DNA from: a virus
Taxonomy: Duplodnaviria; Caudoviricetes
Reading direction: 5' to 3' (one strand)
DNA length: 50,790 nt
Virus record (IMG/VR): IMGVR_UViG_3300017912_000567
Span: 1 to 50,790 of that record
The notes beneath the pieces are model-generated. The model did not search any database. It was not told the DNA's origin and saw only the letters and a program-made list of their open reading frames with translations. How positions within the stretch are numbered: the stretch's first letter is position 1; every line of letters starts with the position of its first letter. Below, piece by piece: positions 1 through 7,207 of this stretch. Position numbers and translations under genes: made by a program.

Positions 1-141
1 AATGCTAGAGAACTGTCAAACCAGTTACCATTAATGTTTTACTTGGAACAAGAACATAGAGATGAAATTATGCAGGTTTTAGAAAAGATTAGAGATGAAA
101 AAGATTTAGAAACAAAATCAAATGCACTTTTATATTTAGTG
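1..141. repeat. Terminal direct repeat, identical to 50650-50790; circular assembly overlap
   Basis: AATGCTAGAGAACTG...TATATTTAGTG occurs at both ends, and the ParB ORF reads through the junction in frame. Confidence 0.97.
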
Positions 142-152
142 AGGAACTACAA

Positions 153-842
153 ATGATATTAATACCAAACCCAACAAATGGAGAGATCATTGATATGACA
201 GATACAATGTATCCAACAAAAATGATTTCTGTATCTGATGATTATGTGATTGAACCAACTATAGGCAACATGTACGGATTTTGCACAAAAGGTACTTTTG
301 CAATCCACTCAGAAGATGTGTGGACAATTAATGAAGATGATTTTTTCAGTCTTAAAACGCTAATGAAAAATGATACACGTATTGAAATGATAGAAGATGG
401 ACAGTTATTTGTAATAATTAGATATGGTTTCAGAGGCATTGATATGATTGGAAAATCTGAAAAAAATGGTAGATTATCTTACATTGATGGTTGTACAGAT
501 TCGCTACTTGTAATGCCACCTCGTTTAGGCGATCCATGTTTAAATTATTTGCACTTTCCAATGGGCATAGATCAAACTCAACACTTACATCCAAGTATAA
601 GAATGGGTATTGTGATTGGTGGTAAAGGCGAAGCATTCCAAAAGCCTGAAGGAAAAAGAGAGGGTTGGGAAGAAGATTTAACTAAAGGTATGATGTTTTG
701 TTTAGAAGAAGGTGAAGTCCATAGTTTTAGAACTGCTGAATCATATATGGACATCATTGCATATCATCCTGACTCTGACTTCGGGCCAAGCGACACTAAT
801 CACCCAATGCTTAACAGAACCTATATAAATCATGGAAAATAG
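153..842 (+). CDS. Cupin-fold (double-stranded beta-helix) metal-binding protein
   Basis: C-terminal QTQHLHPSIRMGIVIGGKG...GEVHSFRT gives the HxH...H cupin pattern. Translationally coupled to the ParB gene. Confidence 0.7.
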   Translation: MILIPNPTNGEIIDMTDTMYPTKMISVSDDYVIEPTIGNMYGFCTKGTFAIHSEDVWTINEDDFFSLKTLMKNDTRIEMIEDGQLFVIIRYGFRGIDMIGKSEKNGRLSYIDGCTDSLLVMPPRLGDPCLNYLHFPMGIDQTQHLHPSIRMGIVIGGKGEAFQKPEGKREGWEEDLTKGMMFCLEEGEVHSFRTAESYMDIIAYHPDSDFGPSDTNHPMLNRTYINHGK

Positions 843-905
843 GGGGTCTTAGGGTATTAACCATGTTAAAAGAAGCTCGCAGAAGCGACCTCAGAGGGAC
901 AAAAA

Positions 906-2120
906 TTGTCAAAAGTATACAAAAAACGTGATATAGACAAAAATGTCTATGATCTTGCAGTAGAACGCATTAACAGAACTTACGATATTTTTGATAATGT
1001 CGTGGTTATGTTTAGTGGTGGTAAAGATTCCACAGTGTGCCTTAACCTCACATTGCAAGTTGCTAAAGAAAGAAACAAGCTACCTCTAGAAGTTTTTTTC
1101 TTTGACGAGGAAGCAATCCCATACGAAACAATAGATTATGTAAAACGTGTAGCTAACTTGCCTGAAGTCAACATGAACTGGTTATGTCTACCAGTAAAGC
1201 ATAGAAACGGTTGTAGCAGATCACAACCCTATTGGCATCCTTGGGCTCCTGAAGATAAAGATAAGTGGGTAAGACCTATGCCTGAACATGACTGTGTTAT
1301 TACTTATGATATGGTTGATAAATTCCCAACAGAGCCAAGTCAAAGACCATCCGTACCTGATTGTAATGGTTTGTTGTTTACACCTGATAAGTGGGGTGAG
1401 GTTGCTCTTATCATGGGAATAAGATCAGAAGAATCTTTGACTAGGTACAGAACAATTTTGCAAACTGGTGATGGTAAAAGATATGAAGATTATATGATTA
1501 ATCTTAAATCTAAAACTGCACTTGGTAATGTTTGGAAGGTCTGTCCGATATACGATATGAAAACAGTTGATGTTTGGACAGCACCTAAAAAATATGGGTG
1601 GGATTACAACATAACCTATGACATCTTAGAAAAATTAGGTCTTACACATTTACAACAAAGATGTGCTCCACCATACGGTGAAGAACCAATGCGAGGTCTT
1701 TGGCAATACTCTATCGCTTTTCCTGATATATGGGACAAGATGCAAACAAGAGTTGCAGGTTCAGCAACAGCAGCACGTTATGCAAACACAGAACTTTACG
1801 GTTTCGGTGGACTTCCTGACAAACCTGCTGACATGGAGTGGATTGACTTTGTTAAGTACTATCTAAGCAAACACCCACAACCATATAGATCACAGATAGC
1901 AAAAAGAATACAAGATGACATAAAAGCACACTATGCTAAAACAAATGACCCAATACTTAAAACAAGTCATTATCAAACTGGCATAGGTTGGGAATACTTA
2001 TTAAGAATAGCTATGAGGGGGGATTATAAGGGTAGGAAAACACCAAGCTACAGCAATGATCCTAAAGTAGTACAGTCACAGAAACAAAGATATGAGGCAG
2101 AGCGACATGGTAAAAGGTAA
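906..2120 (+). CDS. PAPS-reductase/PP-loop family protein (IbrA/DUF3440-like)
   Basis: FSGGKDS PP-loop, FFDEEA, GIRSEESLTR, PIYDMKTVDVW, QRCAPPYGEE. TTG start with GAGGGA upstream. Confidence 0.88.
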   Translation: MSKVYKKRDIDKNVYDLAVERINRTYDIFDNVVVMFSGGKDSTVCLNLTLQVAKERNKLPLEVFFFDEEAIPYETIDYVKRVANLPEVNMNWLCLPVKHRNGCSRSQPYWHPWAPEDKDKWVRPMPEHDCVITYDMVDKFPTEPSQRPSVPDCNGLLFTPDKWGEVALIMGIRSEESLTRYRTILQTGDGKRYEDYMINLKSKTALGNVWKVCPIYDMKTVDVWTAPKKYGWDYNITYDILEKLGLTHLQQRCAPPYGEEPMRGLWQYSIAFPDIWDKMQTRVAGSATAARYANTELYGFGGLPDKPADMEWIDFVKYYLSKHPQPYRSQIAKRIQDDIKAHYAKTNDPILKTSHYQTGIGWEYLLRIAMRGDYKGRKTPSYSNDPKVVQSQKQRYEAERHGKR

Positions 2121-2640
2121 AGAACAACAACCAATTAATAGTTTTGAATGGGTTAAAAGAGATAGTCTAAAAGCAAATGACTACAATCCTAACAGGGTTG
2201 CACCAGTTGAATTAGAGCTTCTAAAAACAAGCATCAAGTTATGTGGTTGGACACAACCGATTGTAGCAAGACGGTCTATGGAAATTGTTGATGGCTTTCA
2301 TAGGTGGACAGTTGCAGGTAGTGACGATATTGCTCAACTCACAGATGGTTACGTACCAGTGGTGTTTCTAGATGATGAAGTAGATAAAGCACAACAAATG
2401 TGTGCCACTGTCATACACAACAGGGCAAGGGGTAATCATATGGTTTTATCTATGACTAACATAGTTAGACAAATGAGGGACGAGTTTAAATACTCTGATG
2501 AAAAGATACAGGAATTACTGGGCATGGAACAAGAAGAAATAGAACGTCTTTATGATTTTGCACCCATGACAGAAAAGGGCGGTGGTGAGGAGTTTAGTAA
2601 GGGTTGGGTTCCTGATACTGGTGATAGGGCATTTGATTAA
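2107..2640 (+). CDS. ParB-like nuclease-domain protein (IbrB-like)
   Basis: ANDYNPNRVA, GWTQPIV, EIVDGFHRW, ATVIHNRARG motifs. Directly follows the IbrA-like gene. Confidence 0.88.
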   Translation: MVKGKEQQPINSFEWVKRDSLKANDYNPNRVAPVELELLKTSIKLCGWTQPIVARRSMEIVDGFHRWTVAGSDDIAQLTDGYVPVVFLDDEVDKAQQMCATVIHNRARGNHMVLSMTNIVRQMRDEFKYSDEKIQELLGMEQEEIERLYDFAPMTEKGGGEEFSKGWVPDTGDRAFD

Positions 2641-2720
2641 GGAAATTGGTTGTCTGACAGGCTCGTGGTGAGCCTCTTGTGGGTCTACCTATAGTAAACC
2701 CTTAACGAGGTAATGGGGTT

Positions 2721-3182
2721 TTACCCCCATTGTTTAGATTCATAGATAGAATAACTAGGTGTGGATTGCACAGTATCTATCAAACTTCTTACTGGTAAAG
2801 AAAAATCTTCATAGCCTTGTGCAATGGTCTGAACATAGGCATCACTTGGATATGAATAACCTTTACGGTTCATAACATAAACCATTACACGGTTATGCTC
2901 ACCAAAGTCACGTTTGAGATCACCACCAAACTTAACATCAAAGTATCTTTTGCTGTATAAGTGTGGGTAGCCCTCAAATACATCCAGTGCCTTTTCACAC
3001 TGCTTAGTTATCTTCCACAATGCACCATGCACAACATCACCTTTGCATGGTTCTATATCGGCTACACCCCTAAAGCATAGCCTGTAGTCTGAAAGTTCCA
3101 TAGGACACAGGGCTTGTGCATTAGGGCATCTGTATCTCATATTGTCCATATTAAGGTTGGCACCATAAGCATAATAAAACAT
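2721..3182 (-). CDS. Gamma-glutamylcyclotransferase (AIG2/GGCT-like)
   Basis: N-terminal YYAYGANL, VHGALWKI, LDVFEGYPHLY. Confidence 0.9.
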   Translation of the reverse strand: MFYYAYGANLNMDNMRYRCPNAQALCPMELSDYRLCFRGVADIEPCKGDVVHGALWKITKQCEKALDVFEGYPHLYSKRYFDVKFGGDLKRDFGEHNRVMVYVMNRKGYSYPSDAYVQTIAQGYEDFSLPVRSLIDTVQSTPSYSIYESKQWG

Positions 3183-3184
3183 AA

Positions 3185-3424
3185 TTACTCCTCTACTGGT
3201 ATTAGTAGTCCATAGAATACAAGTTGGTCAACGAAACTATCTGCATTGTAATAGTCAATGTCATAACCAAACTGAATCTTGATACGCTTACTACAACCAC
3301 ACATCCAGTCTTGTAAGTTGTTGTGTGGTGCAAAGCTAGACTCTGCAAGTTGTTCTACAATGTGGTACTTGTCTATCCCTGTAAACAAAGCACCACCCTT
3401 CATGGTATATCTTAGTTTGTGCAT
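3185..3424 (-). CDS. Hypothetical protein
   Basis: 79-aa ORF packed between the amidoligase and GGCT genes. Confidence 0.7.
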   Translation of the reverse strand: MHKLRYTMKGGALFTGIDKYHIVEQLAESSFAPHNNLQDWMCGCSKRIKIQFGYDIDYYNADSFVDQLVFYGLLIPVEE

Positions 3425-4329
3425 AATGCTTTTCTCCTTTTGTTGTAAAACCTTCTGATATCAGTTGTGATTAAGTCACAACCTTTTGATAGTCCGTTAA
3501 AGAACACTGATAGCTTGTCTTGGTAAGTGTCAATTTGATCGCCACTTTTAGCTTTGATTGATCTTTTGCTGTCAGCTAAGTGTGTCATTGCTAAACAAAC
3601 TCTTACCCAGTTATCAATCTTGTCACCACAGATAGTTCCACTGTGATGTCTGAATTCTACAGTGCCATGCTTCCAAAAACTGTGTAGGTTAAGTTTGACA
3701 TATCTACCACTATGACCACGTGGTTGTATTGCTGTTGAAACATCTTTTGCAGTTCTTGCCTTGTTGATCTTTGTAAACATACCTGCAAGATCACAAGTAT
3801 CAAATTGGCTTCTATATCTAATTTCATTTGCAAGATATTTAGCATTAGATTGACAATAAGAATTTTGGCTTGATCTTCTAGAACGTGGCATGAAAGTATC
3901 AATAGCAGTTTCAAACTTCATGTATCTCTTAGCAAGATTTTTGAATTGACTTACTTGCCAATCAGAAACACCAACGTGTACGTGCAATCCACAAGTACGG
4001 TTTACAGTACAACCAATCTCTTCTAACCAAGTAAGGATTTTTCTAAGTCTTAGCATATCCATTTCACCTTTAAGTACAGGTGTAACAAGTTCTAATCCAT
4101 GACCTCTACCACTAACTGAACCGTCAGTCTTGATTCTCCATATAGAAGAATCATCATTGCTGTAGCTAGATATACAAACTATAGGCATATCAAACTGTAA
4201 ATCAGCTAATGATTGTGAATTGTGGTTACGTGAATTACGATTGATCTCTTCAACCAATTCCCTTTGTGATAGTGGTGAGATAAATTCAACCTCAACACCG
4301 TAAGTTCTGTAGTTATCTAAATTGTTCAT
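3412..4329 (-). CDS. Putative amidoligase (COOH-NH2 ligase, amidoligase_2 family)
   Basis: TYGVEVE, WRIKTDGSV, LELVTPVL, TCGLHVHVG, RYVKLN, TVEFRHHSGT. GAGGAG RBS. Confidence 0.9.
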   Translation of the reverse strand: MNNLDNYRTYGVEVEFISPLSQRELVEEINRNSRNHNSQSLADLQFDMPIVCISSYSNDDSSIWRIKTDGSVSGRGHGLELVTPVLKGEMDMLRLRKILTWLEEIGCTVNRTCGLHVHVGVSDWQVSQFKNLAKRYMKFETAIDTFMPRSRRSSQNSYCQSNAKYLANEIRYRSQFDTCDLAGMFTKINKARTAKDVSTAIQPRGHSGRYVKLNLHSFWKHGTVEFRHHSGTICGDKIDNWVRVCLAMTHLADSKRSIKAKSGDQIDTYQDKLSVFFNGLSKGCDLITTDIRRFYNKRRKALCTN

Positions 4330-4337
4330 TTTAACTC

Positions 4338-4390
4338 CTCAAATATCAATTTATAAGTATTATTAGACCATACAAGGTTTATTATTACAA
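4338..4390 (-). promoter_or_regulatory. Leftward sigma70-type promoter with a leader shared with 45092-45108
   Basis: Minus strand: TTGTAA-17-TCTAAT with TG extension, then ATAAATTGATATTTGAG running into the RBS. Confidence 0.6.
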
Positions 4391-4484
4391 CCCTTTATGA
4401 CAAAAAATATTTACTTTTTTTTAAGGTGCAGACCCAGTGGAAAAGTAAGGGAGTTACACTGGACACCGAGTCTGCGTCAGATAA

Positions 4485-4643
4485 CTACTCCAGTGCTTGT
4501 TTATTATAAGGCTTATTAGAGTAATCCCACCTATATATAAATTCATCTTTTTGCACAGCTTCTAATATCATTGCTTTGATGACCTCATAATCTTCTATGT
4601 GGTCTAAATCAAATAGCTTGATATCTACATCAATCTCGTACAT
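4485..4643 (-). CDS. Small hypothetical protein (52 aa; not in track)
   Basis: MYEIDVDIKLFDLDHIEDYEVIKAMILEAVQKDEFIYRWDYSNKPYNKQALE, GAGGT RBS, overlaps the upstream gene end. Confidence 0.55.
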   Translation of the reverse strand: MYEIDVDIKLFDLDHIEDYEVIKAMILEAVQKDEFIYRWDYSNKPYNKQALE

Positions 4644-4890
4644 CTTTAACCTCTTCTACAAGACCATAGAACTTGGCTCGCTCTAAATCTTCCTTAATGT
4701 AATCATGTATAAGTACATCAATGGCATCTTTGACTAATGAAAGTAAGAACGGTTTAAGATCAGCACTATCTGTTGGGAACAATGCGAAGTTACTCTTACG
4801 TGCTACATAGAGCAAGTTATCTACAGCTTGTTCTAACCTAGCTTGATCTTCTGCTTTCAATTTATTTTTTGGTAATGATTGTTGCGACAT
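4630..4890 (-). CDS. Hypothetical protein
   Basis: 86-aa ORF in a leftward gene string. Confidence 0.65.
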   Translation of the reverse strand: MSQQSLPKNKLKAEDQARLEQAVDNLLYVARKSNFALFPTDSADLKPFLLSLVKDAIDVLIHDYIKEDLERAKFYGLVEEVKDVRD

Positions 4891-5077
4891 CTTTAATTAT
4901 TCCACCCCCATGTTTCATTACTTGTTGTAGGTCTTTCCAATCTTGATCTGAAATCAATTCATAAACCTTTTGCATAGACATACTCATAATATCCATCTGA
5001 TATTTGATAGATAATCTTGCTACCTTTTTTTCAAAAGGATTTAGTTGCGATAGTTCTTTTGATATAGGGTTATCCAT
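4862..5077 (-). CDS. Hypothetical protein
   Basis: 71-aa ORF overlapping its neighbours. Confidence 0.65.
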   Translation of the reverse strand: MDNPISKELSQLNPFEKKVARLSIKYQMDIMSMSMQKVYELISDQDWKDLQQVMKHGGGIIKDVATIITKK

Positions 5078-5279
5078 TTACGACACCCTTATAATCAAGA
5101 TCATACCATTGCATAACTTCGTACTTACAAAGTTCCCATTGATTGCCAAACAATTCAGCAATCTTTTGAGTACCCAGTTCGTAACCCCACTCATCTACAA
5201 ATTCAACATAGTTATGCTTAATACAAGATAGTGTAAGTTTACTAAGTACGTCTGTTGATTTAATACCTTCAATCATCAT
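5070..5279 (-). CDS. Hypothetical protein
   Basis: Start reassigned to ATG 5279 (GGGAG RBS). Upstream promoter TTGTAA-16-TATAGT. Confidence 0.65.
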   Translation of the reverse strand: MMIEGIKSTDVLSKLTLSCIKHNYVEFVDEWGYELGTQKIAELFGNQWELCKYEVMQWYDLDYKGVVNG

Positions 5280-5362
5280 TTTATTAACTCCCAAAGTTTG
5301 TTTATGCAAACTACTATAACACCTCATATATCAATTACAACCCATTTTGTATAAAAAAAATA

Positions 5363-5399
5363 TTTACTTAGATATGTGTGTGCATTAGACTACAAACAT
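5363..5399 (+). promoter_or_regulatory. Candidate rightward promoter for the terminase operon
   Basis: TTTACT-17-TAGACT. TTAGACTACAAACAT is shared with 47624-47638. Confidence 0.5.
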
Positions 5400-5436
5400 A
5401 TCACAGAGAATAAGTGAGAATAATTGGTTAATTTTT

Positions 5437-6000
5437 ATGGCTAAAAATAGAAAACTTACACCACAGATTGCAGAAGAAATCAGAAACAAATTTGTACAAG
5501 GTATTGATACTGGTACACAAGAACGTAAGTATTTCTCACTTGATGCATTGGCAATAGAATTCAAGGTTGCAAAAAGCACATTATATAAATGGGCTCAAAG
5601 AGAATCATGGAAAGCACAACAAGAACGGTTTAACAAAGAATTCTTAGAAAGGTTGGATAGGGAAAGGCAAGAGGTTCTTATAGAGGAATCCAAGACGTTT
5701 GATAGCACAGCACTCAAAATAGCAAAGATACTTATGAATGAGGTAGGTATCCTGTTAAATGAGAACAATCAGAAACGTAATAATGGTAATACTGAAACTT
5801 ACTCACCCCAGTTGATACAACAATTAGGTAATGCTGCACTCCAAGCACAGAAACTAGGAAAGTTAGCACTTGGCGAATCAACTGAAAACATGAAGCTAAA
5901 TGCAGAAATCACAGACACAGATGCCTTCAGAGAAGCTATGGAATTGCTTGACTCGGTTGCAGAGCAACGCAGAGAAAGCAACGATAACGCTGTACACTGA
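5437..6000 (+). CDS. terS: Terminase small subunit
   Basis: N-terminal HTH (SLDALAIEFKVAKSTLYKWAQRESW) and helical body, immediately before terL. Confidence 0.75.
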   Translation: MAKNRKLTPQIAEEIRNKFVQGIDTGTQERKYFSLDALAIEFKVAKSTLYKWAQRESWKAQQERFNKEFLERLDRERQEVLIEESKTFDSTALKIAKILMNEVGILLNENNQKRNNGNTETYSPQLIQQLGNAALQAQKLGKLALGESTENMKLNAEITDTDAFREAMELLDSVAEQRRESNDNAVH

Positions 6001-7207
6001 TTGGTTAAAGAAAGCTAGAACCAAACAACTACCCCCACAAGAAAACTTTTTTATATGGTTGATACTTGCAGGTCGTGGTTGGGGTAAGACACGCACAGGG
6101 GCACAGGACATTGCACTGTATGCACTAAGAAACCCAAACACAATATCAGCAGTTGTAGCACCCACGTTTGGTGATTTACGTAGAGTTTGTTTCAACGGAC
6201 CTTCAGGTCTGAATTCAATCATACCTAAAGAATGTCTAGATACTTCTTTTGGTACAGAAGGTTATTCAAGTTCACTTATGGAAATAAGATTGTGGAATGG
6301 CTCACGCATAGTTGGTTATGCTGCTGTTAATCCTGAAAGGTTAAGGGGACCACAGTTCCACAGAGCATGGTGTGATGAATTAGCAGCATGGATGTATCCT
6401 GATGCTTTTGACCAGTTAATGTTTGGTCTTAGATTAGGTGATAATCCACAGTGTCTTATCACTACTACACCAAAACCTATACCAATAATTAAGAACCTCA
6501 TAGACCGAGAAGACGTAGCTGTTACGAAAGGAAATACGTTTGAGAACGAAGCTAACCTAGCAGAATCAGCATTAGAGATGATGCGACAAAGATACGAAGG
6601 TACAAACTTAGGTAGACAAGAATTATATGCAGAGATATTAGATGAAGTAGAAGGTGCATTATGGACACCTAATCTTATAGAAGAAGCAAGATTGTCAGAG
6701 CATGAAGAAAGGGATTTATCACAGATCATTGTAGCTATAGACCCTGCAGTCACAGCAAATGAAGATTCAGATGAAACAGGAATTATGGTAGTAGGCAAAG
6801 ACACCAATAATGAGTATTATGTATTAGAAGATTTAAGTGGGCAGTATTCTGCCGATAAATGGGGTAGAATAGCTGTTAATGCTTTTTATGAATGGGAAGC
6901 AGACAGAATCGTAGCAGAAACAAATAATGGCGGTGATTTGGTGGAAAGACTATTAAGAGGTATAGACCCAAATATACCTTACAGGTCAGTCAGAGCTACA
7001 AGGGGTAAGCTAGTACGTGCAGAACCCATTGCAGCACTGTATGAGCAAAGGCGAGTTCATCATATGGGTGCATACCCTGAACTAGAAACACAAATGTGTA
7101 CTTATGTAGGTCAGGTAAAGCCAAGCCCTGATAGATTAGATGCTTTAGTTTGGGGTTTAACAGAACTAAGCAAATCACAGGGCAATGTAAATTGGAGAAT
7201 AAGCTAA
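5900..7207 (+). CDS. terL: Terminase large subunit (start uncertain: 5900/5921/5948)
   Basis: Walker A AGRGWGKT, LRGPQFHRAWCDE, TTTPKP, nuclease motifs IDPAVT, DETGI, SPDRLDA. Confidence 0.96.
   Translation: MQKSQTQMPSEKLWNCLTRLQSNAEKATITLYTDWLKKARTKQLPPQENFFIWLILAGRGWGKTRTGAQDIALYALRNPNTISAVVAPTFGDLRRVCFNGPSGLNSIIPKECLDTSFGTEGYSSSLMEIRLWNGSRIVGYAAVNPERLRGPQFHRAWCDELAAWMYPDAFDQLMFGLRLGDNPQCLITTTPKPIPIIKNLIDREDVAVTKGNTFENEANLAESALEMMRQRYEGTNLGRQELYAEILDEVEGALWTPNLIEEARLSEHEERDLSQIIVAIDPAVTANEDSDETGIMVVGKDTNNEYYVLEDLSGQYSADKWGRIAVNAFYEWEADRIVAETNNGGDLVERLLRGIDPNIPYRSVRATRGKLVRAEPIAALYEQRRVHHMGAYPELETQMCTYVGQVKPSPDRLDALVWGLTELSKSQGNVNWRIS

Noticed and set aside
1-141. Biological terminal repeat of the virion DNA
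   Set aside because: It falls mid-gene, and 141 nt is a common assembler k-mer length, so it is best explained as circular contig overlap.
906-2120. Sulfate-assimilation auxiliary gene cysH
   Set aside because: It is longer than CysH, lacks the C-terminal ECGLH motif and is paired with ParB-like genes, so it is IbrA/DndC-like.
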